Shown here: piece after piece, positions 28,601-35,508 of the stretch
Layout of the letters: each line of letters begins with the position of its first letter
How positions within the stretch are numbered: the first letter of the stretch is position 1
Notes under the pieces: model-generated
What the model was told of the DNA's origin: nothing
The model's input: the letters and a program-made list of their open reading frames with translations, nothing else
Database searches by the model: none
Source: Candidatus Margulisiibacteriota bacterium
GTDB taxonomy: Bacteria > Margulisbacteria > WOR-1 > O2-12-FULL-45-9 > XYB2-FULL-48-7
Assembly: GCA_041661965.1 (NCBI GenBank)
Contig: JBAZTH010000001.1
Coordinates: 291,221 to 355,220, forward strand
Reading direction: 5' to 3'
Length of the DNA: 64,000 bases
Program-made: the position numbers and the translations under genes

Positions 28601-31600
28601 AAAAACCTGCTCAATGAGTCTGTTCAGGGGAAGGGCGAACATCAGCTGTTCTGGAGTGGCGATCTTGATGGCGCCAGCAAAGCGGTTGATGGCTCATACA
28701 CCATTAAGATAAAAGCGGTTGGTGACGGCTTGTCGGCGGAAGCGACTAATACTGTGCGGATCGATAACACCAGCCCAACGGTGATTCTCCAACCACTGCA
28801 AATCGACTATACCAGCAAACAAGGAACAATAATCTTTTCGATCCCGGAAGAGGCCAAAGTCGATGTTTCAGTCGTTAAGGCTGATGGTAGTATCGTTGTT
28901 TTAATGTCCAGCGAAGCTAATGCGGCCGGAGAACACCAATTGTCATTTAGTGCGGCAATAGTTGGCAGCGATGGGCAAGTAATGGTTTCAGCGGTTGACC
29001 GGGCGCAAAACGAAGCGGCCGCGACGGTCCCATTCTCTTTCCTGCCGCCGAAACTGCAGATCACCGATCACCTGGCCGATCCGGCGATCTTTACCCCCAA
29101 CGGCGACGGTCATACCGATACCACCCGGATTGCCTATAAGCTTAGCGGTGGCAGGGCTCCTTACATAGTTAACGTGAACATTGCTAACTCCTCCGGGACC
29201 AGTGTAAAGCGCTTGGCGGATAATGACGAGCAATCCGCCGGTAGCAATTCATTCTATTGGGATGGGAAATCAACGGTCCTTTCATCCGTTGAAACGTATG
29301 TTTCCGACGGCGATTATCAATACCAGGTTTCTGCGGTTGATGCTGATGGTGTTAAGCAGGAGGTTGCTGGCAAGCTCGAAGTCGCGGGAGGGAAGATCAC
29401 TTCCAACTTCAATTTGAGTGCCCAGTCGTTTTCTCCTAATGGCGATGGGGTTAATGAAACTCTGGGGATAACTTATTCAATCAATTACCCGCCGTTTTAT
29501 AACGTGCCGGGAGAGCCCCAGGTCCTACTAGCGATCCTGGCGGCGAATGGTGACCTTCTCTATCAAACCGGTTTAGAGCGCGCTCCCGGTACCTATACGT
29601 ATGTTTTTGACGGGAAGAGTAATTTTGACGCGCCGGGCTTGCCTATCGGTTCATCTTTAACAACCGGTAAATATTACGCCCGGATCACTATTCAAGACTC
29701 GCTGGGGACGGTTACTTCGTTGACCAAAGACTTTGCGGTTGACGTCACCAACCCGGAAGTTGTTATCTCCAGCGAGGCGGGGATGATCGCCAATCCGTCA
29801 AGCTTTTCGACCAATGCTAATCCAGATGGGAGCGACCGGCCGCGCAGCACAACTCTATATTACAAGCTGACCGAAGATACACTGGTTTCGGTCAAAGTCT
29901 ATAAGATTGACGGCAAGAAAGATTACCAGCGAACTGACTTCACGGCTGACAATCTAATTGCTACGCTGGTTAATGGCCAGTGGCAGAGTGGTGGCCAGCA
30001 GTACCAGGTTAATTGGGACGGAAAGATGGCTAGCGGAGTTTATGCCGATCCCGGTAAATACGCTTTCATTGTCGAAGGAGCAGATACCTTGGGAAATACT
30101 ACCCTCCGGAAGTGGGGCGGAACGGTCTGGATCCAGAACAATGTTTTGACTCTCCGTACTCCAGAACAGCTTGAACTGGCGACACTTGCGGTGACCAACA
30201 ATCCCGATCCCCGCGCCATCTCGCCGAACGGCAACAGTCAAGAGCTGGCCCAAAAACGGGCTCGTTTCTACTTTATGATTGATCTTTCGTTGGCACCGGC
30301 GACGGTTGAAGCGGCGGAGCGGATCGAGGCGATGGGGGTAACCGTTAATACCAAACCAGTTGGCAAGTATTCCGTGAAGGTTTATAGCGACAGTGCTATG
30401 GCTAACCTGGTTCGGACTATTACACCTGACGCTGTTGCTCAATCGGGGACACTCTCCTGGGAAGATTGGGACGGGAAAGCTGATGGCGGCGCCTACTCTC
30501 CAAATGGCAATTACTGGCTGGCGGTTGAGCTTCAGGATTATGCGGGGAATAAGCAACCACTGCTGATCGGCCAGGTAACTGTTGATAACACTTTGCCCGA
30601 GGTTAAGAATGTTTTGGCTGCTCCATATTTCTTTGCTCCGGGCGGGACGAATTCGAGCCTTAAAACGACCACTTGTAGCTATGAGGTTGCCGATAATTCC
30701 GGCAAAGTTAAAGTTGTGATTGGAGCTTATAGTGGGAGTGCGTTGGTAAAAACTTTAACGGCTGATGCCTGGCAGGTAAATGGTAATTATTCGATTGATT
30801 GGGATGGGTCCAGCGTGACCGGCTATGTTGGCAGTGCCAATGGAAGCGGCTTTATTGATGGAGAATATACCTTGAAAATTATGGCCTATGATGAGGCCGG
30901 CAATAGTTCGGTTCTCCAGTCGGCAAATGTAAAAGTTGATACTTTGCCTCCCGATGGAGTAGTCGTTATTGGCAGCGGGAATCCGCAATTTACTAGTTCG
31001 CCAACTGTTGAGCTGTTTGCTTCTGCTAGTGAGCCAACTTCCGGGGTCAATAAAATGAGCTTTAGCAACGACGGCGCAAGCTGGTCCTCCTGGGAAGATT
31101 ATTCAACGCTGGGTAAGGCCTGGCTCCTTCCCGCTGTGGATGGGACCAAAACGGTGCGGGTAAGATTAATGGATAACGCTGGGAACTATTCGACCGCTGT
31201 TTTTGCCGATCAGATTGTCTTAGATTCTGCCGCGCCGGTTATTAAGTCGGTAGTCCAGCCTCAACCGGTTACTATCAATAGCCCTACAACCAGTTTGCTT
31301 GGGGGCATGGCTGATTTCAATGGCGGAGCCGATACAATTTCCGGCATAAACAATTGGCAGATAAAGATCGTGAATTCCGGCGGCAGTGTTGTTAAAACCT
31401 TTGGCGCGACGGTTACTCCCGCGCAAACCGGTGATCTTGTTATTAATCAGGAATGGGTGCCGACAGGACTTGATGGTTATTATTACTATTATTTTACCGC
31501 GACCGACGCGGCCGGCAATGCTTTTGATTCCAGAAAAACCGGCTATGGCGCTTATAAGCCACTAGGTGGGAACGATACTTATTATCGGGTCTTTGTTGAT

Positions 31601-33364
31601 AAAACCCCTCCAGCGGTCGATATAACTAGCCCGACGCCAAGCCAATGGTATAAAGGGACAATAAATATCAGCGGCAGTGCCTCTGACAGCAATCCCGGAC
31701 CTTACAAGCTTGAATACGCCATTGCCAATACCAATAATTGGACTTTGATTTCCAATGGGAATTGTCCAGTCAGCGGGGTCTTGGCAGCCTGGAACACGAC
31801 TGCTTTAAACGGTGATTATGATTTAAGGTTGTCCGCGACCGATGAAGTTGGCAATTACGCGGAGAAGAAGATAACCATTAGGCTTGATAATACTCAACCG
31901 GTTATTACGATTATTCCGGTTTCACCGATCACCTTTAACCCTTATGTCGACGGCAGCGGCAGAATTGATTTTACCGCGACCGATCCGGCGCCAAGCGGTG
32001 GTTTTTCGATTGGGAACATTTCTTCGGTGGTTAGATATAACGGACAGATTGTGAAATATCTGCCTATTTACAGTAGTGGCGGCAACAGTTATTACGTCTT
32101 GTGGGATGGGACCAATATTAGTGGTGATTACGAAAATGAAGGGAGTTATTCGATCGAGATCGGCGCTGTAGATGTGGTTGGCAATAACGCGGCAACGGCT
32201 AGCCTCGGCATAAATTTGCAAGACAATCAACGACTGCTTTACAACCTTAATAATACCGAATTAACAGGTTTTGATATTGTACAGATTGATATAGTTTTGC
32301 AATGGCAGCAAGGGCCTTCATATTACGAGAAAAATTGTGGCAAAGAGTATCAAATTAATCTTCCTAATGCGCCAGTTCAGCCAAGGACGGTAGCAAGATC
32401 GAAATATACTAATTATGCGGTTGGAAATTACCAACATGTTGTTTCTGTAACAAATGGGAATGTTTATTATAAAAGAATCATTGGCAACGATACATATGGC
32501 CCAATAAAAGTGTATAGTGGTGGGAACGCGATCTCTGCCGCTATCTGTGCTGAAAACACGAATGACTCATATATTGCTTGGTTAATTAATGTTGGACAAT
32601 TTTATGAAATCTATTTCCAGAAAATCCCGGTTAATTTTGCCCCCAGTACTGGAACGAAATTAGGAGCAAGCGCGATTAAAAAAGGAATAATGGCGATTGC
32701 GACCCTCGAATCTCCATCCCTCCTTGCGCCCGCTAAAGATCGCCAGGATGTCCAAAACATCCGCCCTGCGTTTGAATGGCAACACCATAAGGCGGATACC
32801 ACCGAATATCGGGTCGAGGTTGCGAAGAACGATAGCTTTACGATCGACCACCAGACTTTCAGCAAAGCGGCCGGGACAGGGACACAAGATAAGTCTGATA
32901 GTAATCTCTACGCCTTTAACTACGCCATCCATGAGTTTGATCCTGGCTTAGAGCGGAATACCGACTACTTCTGGAAGGTTACGGCACTTTCTCCAACCAA
33001 TTCGGCGACCTCGGAGACCTGGGGCTTCCGTATCCAACCGGAGCTGACCTTGGTAGGGGTGACCAATTATCCAAACCCATTCAATCCGAACCGGGAGCAG
33101 ACCAAGATCCGCTACCGGCTCTCGGCTGACGCCGATGAAGTGCGGATTAGGATTTACGATATAACCGGTTCTTTGGTGACCGAACTTGACGGAACGACCA
33201 ATGGCGAAGGGATGAGCGTCTGGCAGAAGTATAACGATGTTTCCTGGGATGGGCGGAATGGGCGAGGGGATCTGGTCGTCAACGGGATCTATCCGTTCGA
33301 AATCATGGCGCGGATAGGTGATAAGACCGTGAGCGGGAGAGGGAAAATAGCGGTGCTCAAATGA
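19661..33364 (+). CDS. Giant (4,567 aa) secreted surface protein: signal peptide, N-terminal α/β-hydrolase (lipase/PGAP1-like) domain, many Ig-like and FlgD-Ig-like repeats, and a C-terminal T9SS/FlgD-Ig-type sorting domain
   Basis: Signal peptide MKKLLLMVFFCVLTLVQA; lipase nucleophile elbow ILTHSMGNMAARLY. Repeated F(S/T)PNGDGxxD modules (about nt 27775, 28145, 29095, 29435, 30225). C-terminal …NYPNPFNPNREQTKIRYRL…VRIRIYDITGSLVTEL…SWDGRNGRGDLVVNGIYPFEIMARIGDKTVSGRGKIAVLK is the classic Por-secretion-tail/FlgD_ig pattern. Uninterrupted 13.7-kb ORF. Confidence 0.8.
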   Translation: MKKLLLMVFFCVLTLVQAAISDDAAWINLNSRTEGTATYKDYLFILVHGINGSSQHFNGQDDRDKGLRLLQQLRDDLHLDGHIFAYSFSEKSGSNFTRVREFADRTYNNSASYVDENGKPVSMGGKCWLDKAREDYKRWYARTHPEYSRDENKWESVPDSIVPKKYIILTHSMGNMAARLYIYSKDLLGEDLYKNDVAKVVYIAPPFTGSDLAYLGMVPQGIFWDLQLWSKANEYNVLWEALLKNPTNFALDPRKTYKIAKEYAYWTLNGPVMLDNVTAQIGIKGASFQLNINELIHTEERPGGASLVKGSGACYQDPGLYELMPEMMMGVFFPKLLDAKLADDGNEPLYSVVYGQGSPLPNVRDSAIGGIVTQGIKYSLSDVNRSNLIAGVKNLSGTITTTPGEWGKVFGAGKNVFDEISDSAENGKLSFYNGFMGELLTVFGSGNFAKLPTEQAKFLALIQSNPAFVFSDDGDSAVPVDSAKGLYQGKSTRALRNANFYPVLLKSGFDDYLKTQFPGQFEVVVAAYYLSTQFVPEPAKTPIAIGCQYGLLLSFMERVNAFTPELQATTWSHTNTMLRQYDVIEKAILDTEAIFTVNDLQTTATNDANTLEAKTVKVFTTSVVVPSGYHSVQVKSAVENRNPTGLTNLPIPMTLDGQRMYVTQMTVTKPPKRIAGKLNYLIPRLMKQFEYSFNFAAWKPITGVDQETGEFELDDLPFAEGQNILAIRSENGVGIKSHQLLKIILNTIPMQPSQFKPLPEYYVATANPEISVEFNKSEYTGDYDSEKITIKGMTFDGEEVAPQVESSMEAYHPWAKASYKANGLSDGEHNVAVRAESNVGVAQGLWTFYVDTTAPTISIEPLAPYSPRGPTTIRYTVSDEVSPNLRFVRCDLYDKNDTLVTTIATADSLSKGENYFTLDPRSLDVSLLDGSYKIKIKAFDLAGNVAVAETPLIIDATPPKVGPVALTPNPMTSNTNELKMNAEVSEKALVVIKLNNLSNKTTTAYLAQAGTSSSTLTTYSFLASYAWPYNNSFAPGPEDGIYRVEVIARDEAGNESAPRTLEAVRIDRTPPTILGQIANPYVLTNIGANAYKTTLTYNLRENGLGDKGEGVGVKVKIFNASTGLLADAYEEAPASLTEENKIVWHSVSDLPKGAYKFQITATDDVGNTATAYSSCVKDGIAPSLSFPAEDGAEISGLVAIRGTAMDPDWSNDKPFKQYRVYLARGDKSKMEAATILSQASELVFSAIEVPLINRGGGASNISLRPLQNDATLAYLNTNGLENGDYTILVVVDEENGDSLAVTRLIKVNNGSFRASAMTAPYVKLKPLASTVDFKADDSVKLQIGFINSVKSANVYVEILKSQDEKLVYFKYFPNILGAPFIGKPDYKAGTDLGYFIWSDESGYHIRWSADGSSHKFSGNLIAMGGTVNITGGNSSVSSGSMISWNKTLSGGEGGFDFTADGGQLMITPKLDEDPSSPSIYADNVYLGITKQTQQYLPLVIDVAGQRLVSLAGMGQTSSSIAGQPPSGIDWDGRLDTGAYVDNGSYIVKVIAEGVDGQGLASAEAVVNVTTPFELKIKEATNKEFSSLSVPDRVSIFYNVSKDALITAQVQKENGDFVASLAAGKESLGTLPTNPLSLVWTGNYPDNDSTQVVTGGTYKLILTAAAKDGSGNRTETISGIKVVSFARNEALVKLEPIGEEVDYNDGLGLKKIRLADGESPLYFEAKGYGNYHPVKDLTYTLSAQGKQKLTAYPYVSFAGLMHRGFNEVDTKIKVIFKIHAWNHYLGAEDYWALGRFWNPMKWRRETKEWVEEKWIAVDSLPSGAGVGTVFKVGDQVKNYTFNFDSYNWWPQNENDHYYNKDKFGCGIDAVDVQVEVYTKNSGFILDKNVDWLLVSQEKPTSKGIFRTAYSGSNGESHYGTLVSGGNRYDKTYGTYQVNLTIKLEAPIAYSRLTNRFVPWFGFVRANEAKQKDFSEYLTDINRGLGFPGKLFFDDPSAKPDVAYKPKTEIEAELAGLTWEKRSQKLKEMSEQANLLGYKDALASSVGYDSYLSDGYYEFVPITYPDQANISKSGFDYTNDSSLVKVHTDLTYHGDGNPQSPFEFSWPWRESEYTAFLATQETQRKRLDKDYGGEPQNYTAPTIDGTFWTLDPSQVNQRKIDQNNSKVSGGQIHYNKATRRGEWSSTQNPVTSRSVDQIMPLPSYVYDKSFKVESNTPGIKLMLSSSALSAVVKAEDQDINGFPWTTADDTNLAANRGYVKSPALILNPDAFRSKRLIKLSSAYQIVDDYKSTGAARFTFLKKHPWEPDNQDSPVDNPNLEIDRWEVIVKDKSGAVNKDVALENVTTGAKRLDDALSLKLKIDASEARYVEIKGSAPGPYELLYYDGKSWQSITQSFDETPTSGRLAWWNVSRLNGEYTVMLRAGSYISTQNVSIGTLIKKDDGGDAWSTYKRAQLKFPPHAFGNRDQLATVTPVTMKEIKLRNKPIILTSGPIVEIKPSWKFTVSSLEGVDLRPTLRFVYTFDELKELGAWNGEGEPKNLPWNIHQVTEAGDLQIVSDNQQTIEENNGEKHYVFYAALDHFSTYALLPGKFKLSAPIVLADRYITNKNSVTIYGTAEPGSVLGLKVSKEPISDTSKINSLDEITADEKGNFRIENVPLIQEGASYIYVTAHPQGNSEILTCGDVMVTKDTIPPTVGIAPNLYAFSPNGDGKYDSVDYLLTMNEKGKIYLGVKSDSNDLINIDAPLLAGKELKVNWSKEGFKLYRRDNATGLWTLYSQVPNPSNPIDGGYSVVGYAIDEAGNISDNIMVKTIIDLTPPKVLGLTADPNPFTPNDDGVKDATSFWYKFSEPVTVSLGIYREDGGLFKNTEGETEKFTYPTTDRNRDVQSQVPSVGQWSWDGRGNRNELLGGNYSYFIYAEDWVGNTVSSEVKQIVVDRAPTLIPYVFFEPDPFSSAKGTIIKYYLAQDDLKVTAAIVGERGKVIKNLLNESVQGKGEHQLFWSGDLDGASKAVDGSYTIKIKAVGDGLSAEATNTVRIDNTSPTVILQPLQIDYTSKQGTIIFSIPEEAKVDVSVVKADGSIVVLMSSEANAAGEHQLSFSAAIVGSDGQVMVSAVDRAQNEAAATVPFSFLPPKLQITDHLADPAIFTPNGDGHTDTTRIAYKLSGGRAPYIVNVNIANSSGTSVKRLADNDEQSAGSNSFYWDGKSTVLSSVETYVSDGDYQYQVSAVDADGVKQEVAGKLEVAGGKITSNFNLSAQSFSPNGDGVNETLGITYSINYPPFYNVPGEPQVLLAILAANGDLLYQTGLERAPGTYTYVFDGKSNFDAPGLPIGSSLTTGKYYARITIQDSLGTVTSLTKDFAVDVTNPEVVISSEAGMIANPSSFSTNANPDGSDRPRSTTLYYKLTEDTLVSVKVYKIDGKKDYQRTDFTADNLIATLVNGQWQSGGQQYQVNWDGKMASGVYADPGKYAFIVEGADTLGNTTLRKWGGTVWIQNNVLTLRTPEQLELATLAVTNNPDPRAISPNGNSQELAQKRARFYFMIDLSLAPATVEAAERIEAMGVTVNTKPVGKYSVKVYSDSAMANLVRTITPDAVAQSGTLSWEDWDGKADGGAYSPNGNYWLAVELQDYAGNKQPLLIGQVTVDNTLPEVKNVLAAPYFFAPGGTNSSLKTTTCSYEVADNSGKVKVVIGAYSGSALVKTLTADAWQVNGNYSIDWDGSSVTGYVGSANGSGFIDGEYTLKIMAYDEAGNSSVLQSANVKVDTLPPDGVVVIGSGNPQFTSSPTVELFASASEPTSGVNKMSFSNDGASWSSWEDYSTLGKAWLLPAVDGTKTVRVRLMDNAGNYSTAVFADQIVLDSAAPVIKSVVQPQPVTINSPTTSLLGGMADFNGGADTISGINNWQIKIVNSGGSVVKTFGATVTPAQTGDLVINQEWVPTGLDGYYYYYFTATDAAGNAFDSRKTGYGAYKPLGGNDTYYRVFVDKTPPAVDITSPTPSQWYKGTINISGSASDSNPGPYKLEYAIANTNNWTLISNGNCPVSGVLAAWNTTALNGDYDLRLSATDEVGNYAEKKITIRLDNTQPVITIIPVSPITFNPYVDGSGRIDFTATDPAPSGGFSIGNISSVVRYNGQIVKYLPIYSSGGNSYYVLWDGTNISGDYENEGSYSIEIGAVDVVGNNAATASLGINLQDNQRLLYNLNNTELTGFDIVQIDIVLQWQQGPSYYEKNCGKEYQINLPNAPVQPRTVARSKYTNYAVGNYQHVVSVTNGNVYYKRIIGNDTYGPIKVYSGGNAISAAICAENTNDSYIAWLINVGQFYEIYFQKIPVNFAPSTGTKLGASAIKKGIMAIATLESPSLLAPAKDRQDVQNIRPAFEWQHHKADTTEYRVEVAKNDSFTIDHQTFSKAAGTGTQDKSDSNLYAFNYAIHEFDPGLERNTDYFWKVTALSPTNSATSETWGFRIQPELTLVGVTNYPNPFNPNREQTKIRYRLSADADEVRIRIYDITGSLVTELDGTTNGEGMSVWQKYNDVSWDGRNGRGDLVVNGIYPFEIMARIGDKTVSGRGKIAVLK

Positions 33365-33462
33365 ATTGCCAAGATACATGCCGCAATAACCAAGGTACAA
33401 GATACAATGACCAATCAATAACCAATAATCAAATTTCAATCTCTAAACTATTTTCTTGGTTA

Positions 33463-34377
33463 TTGAGATTTAGAATTTGTTTGGTTATTGTTTCTTGGTT
33501 ATTGATTATTACATCCGCTAATGCGATTGGTCAATCTGGTGCCGACATCGCCGTCCTCAATGCCGGTGTCGGCGCTCGTCCGCTGGCCATGGGGGGCGCT
33601 TTCACTGCGGTTGCCGATAATGCCGACGCCCCATATTGGAATCCTGCTGGTTTGGGTTTTATTAGTAGCCAGGAGATAACCAGCAGTCAAACCAGACTTT
33701 CGACCGACGCCGATCATTATTACCTAAGTTACGTGACTCCGGCTCTGGGTGGAACGATCGGTCTTTCCTGGATTCAGGTTGGGCTGGGAAATATCGCCCA
33801 GACCTCTAGCGAGGTTGATATTCACAATGAAGTTCAGAATATTAGCTTGTTCAGCTACTTTTCTAGCGCCTACCTTCTTTCCTACGGAAAAAAACTGAAC
33901 GACCATATTGCCTTTGGTCTAACTGCCAAGTATCTAAGTTCCGAGATGTTTGGGATCAGTGGTGGGAGCGGCTGGGGCTACTCATTAACCCCCGGGATAA
34001 TGCTCCGCCTTGACCCTTGTCACTTGACCCTTGGTCTCAAGATCGACGAACTGATCAATACCCAGCAGTGGGGGACCGGGACGGTCGAAAACGTTCCGCC
34101 CAAGGCGCGGCTGGGCTTGAGCTGGCTTCCTTGGTCCGAAAGCCGGGTGGCGGTTGATATCAGCCAAACTGTTAAATCAGGTTATTCTCCGGAGGTTGTG
34201 ACCGGCTTTGAGTGGGCGCAAGGGGGAATTGCTTATCGAGCCGGATATAATTCCAGCGGCCTGACCGCTGGCGTTGGCTTTACCGTTGGCCACGCCAGGC
34301 TCGATTATGGCTATGTTCAAGACGCAAATTTTTCCTCGAACAATGTTCACCGGATCTCTTTAAGCGGGATTTGGTAA
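33463..34377 (+). CDS. Outer-membrane β-barrel of the PorV/FadL-like family. Start uncertain: TTG at 33463 gives a clean signal peptide, with the alternative an ATG at 33361.
   Basis: Mature N-terminus IGQSGADIAVLNAGVGARPLAMGGAFTAVADNADAPYWNPAGLGF matches the FadL/PorV N-terminal signature. Predicted cleavage after …LLIITSANA. Lies directly downstream of the T9SS-CTD cargo gene. Confidence 0.5.
   Translation: MRFRICLVIVSWLLIITSANAIGQSGADIAVLNAGVGARPLAMGGAFTAVADNADAPYWNPAGLGFISSQEITSSQTRLSTDADHYYLSYVTPALGGTIGLSWIQVGLGNIAQTSSEVDIHNEVQNISLFSYFSSAYLLSYGKKLNDHIAFGLTAKYLSSEMFGISGGSGWGYSLTPGIMLRLDPCHLTLGLKIDELINTQQWGTGTVENVPPKARLGLSWLPWSESRVAVDISQTVKSGYSPEVVTGFEWAQGGIAYRAGYNSSGLTAGVGFTVGHARLDYGYVQDANFSSNNVHRISLSGIW
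33477..33510 (+). promoter_or_regulatory. Copy E of the repeated leader element (here apparently overlapping the signal-peptide codons of the PorV-like gene)
   Basis: TTGTTTGGTTATTGTTTCTTGGTTATTGATTATT preceded by ggttattgagatttagaa, as in copy A. Confidence 0.5.
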
Positions 34378-35053
34378 CGCCCTCTAGCCTCTTCCCGCCA
34401 GAAGCCGCCATAGGCGGGCCTTGGCGGAATATTACCTCTACCTCTCTTTTGCTGGGTCATTATCCCGAGTTACCACCCCTTTTTTTTCAAAGCGGAGGGA
34501 AAGGGAGGGGGTAGCAAATGGTTCGTGGCTTGAAAGGTGACGGAGCGGGTTGCGGTTAGCGGGGAAAATGACCAGCTAAGCCCGCCAAACAGCTCTGGCT
34601 GGTTATTGGCCGCTGGAAGGCAGGCAATGCCTCGAAGAGGCGGCGGGCGGGAGTTCTCCCGACGGTAAAAGGCCAACTATGGGAAGGACGGTTTTGATAA
34701 AATCAATTAACGACCGCTATTTTTTACCTCCTGCTTAATATGAGCGTTAAATAAAACTGAAGGGGCAGGAACGCTGATCATTAATCATGGCGCAAAGAGC
34801 TTGAGACTTCTTCTCAAAGGCTGAATAAATGAGCTGTACGCTGGTTTTGTTTGCTAAGGAAGGAGAACGGATGCTGTTCAGCAAATAAAAGCAATAATGA
34901 GTTATTAGCGCTTTATAGCAGGCAGCAGCAGCGCGCAAGGTAAAAATATATAGGGATGTTGCGATCTTAGCCGGTAGCTTGGTCAATTAATGAGAGCTTA
35001 AAAATTAATTCCAGGGCGGCTTTTAGCTTATGGTAAACTTCAGGCCAAGTGGC

Positions 35054-35202
35054 CATCCATAGGTCTTGATATAATATCGGCGCGAATTTTCCTTTTCTGT
35101 TGCCATTTATTGCACTTCCTTCTTCTAAATTCAGCTTGTTGAACGGGGAATAAAAAAAAGGGACAATTCGGGACGCGGCGGCGGCGCTTTTTGCGGCATT
35201 TA
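35054..35202 (-). repeat. Left arm of a perfect ~149-bp inverted repeat (inverted copy of the miaB upstream region plus its first 18 codons)
   Basis: The reverse complement of 35054–35202 is identical to 36988–37136. Reading outward from this arm gives MATEKENSRRYYIKTYGW followed by an early stop. Confidence 0.85.
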
Positions 35203-35322
35203 TTGTACGGCCTGCCCGCGGCTCGCTTTTTACTCCTGCTCATCCTTTGGCTCGCCGCACTGCAGGCCTCATTCAGAATTGTATTGACAACAACTGTAAA
35301 CACAATTAAACTATTATTGCGT

Positions 35323-35508
35323 ATGGCAAAAGAGCAAATTATTTACAATATGACTGAGTTGGCGAAAGAGCTTAAGGTTACGCGGCAAGCAATTTATAAG
35401 TGGATAAAGAAGGGTTGGGTTAAACCAAAAAGGGATTATCGTGATTATCCGGTATTTACCGAAGCTGATGTTAAGAAAATTATGAAATGGAAATCAGCAA
35501 TAAAATGA
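35323..35508 (+). CDS. Small HTH DNA-binding protein (excisionase/MerR-like; possible recombination directionality factor), 61 aa
   Basis: MAKEQIIYNMTELAKELKVTRQAIYKWIKKGWVKP; stop overlaps the recombinase start (ATGA). Putative TTGACA promoter at 35284. Confidence 0.55.
   Translation: MAKEQIIYNMTELAKELKVTRQAIYKWIKKGWVKPKRDYRDYPVFTEADVKKIMKWKSAIK

Noticed and set aside
1306-33510. Repeated TTGGTTATTG units as a CRISPR array or tandem-repeat locus
   Set aside because: The copies are dispersed over 32 kb, always 5' of genes. There are no regular unique spacers and no cas genes. No CRISPR array was seen anywhere in the window.
34400-34700. Possible RNase P RNA: short matches to type-A motifs (tgaaaggtgacgg…gcggttagcgg resembles GGGUGAAAGGGUGCGGUAAGAGCG; aaggccaactatggg resembles AAGGCCAAAUAGGG)
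   Set aside because: No AGGAAAGUCCGGGCUCC P4 element and no ACAGAACCCGGCUUA 3' strand. Motif spacing is wrong and the flanks do not fold as P1. Treated as chance similarity within a ~680-bp gene-poor gap (34378–35053), which nonetheless has no convincing ORF and could be checked with an Rfam scan.
35040-35303. 87-aa minus-strand ORF rich in Arg/Lys spanning the left inverted-repeat arm
   Set aside because: It is encoded by the inverted copy of miaB upstream DNA and has a low-complexity basic sequence. It is most likely spurious, since its mirror image on the right arm is not a gene.
35487-35504. Upstream ATG 35487 (MEISNK…) as the serine recombinase start
   Set aside because: The canonical resolvase N-terminus begins MKTAIYTRVS at ATG 35505, which overlaps the HTH gene stop (ATGA).
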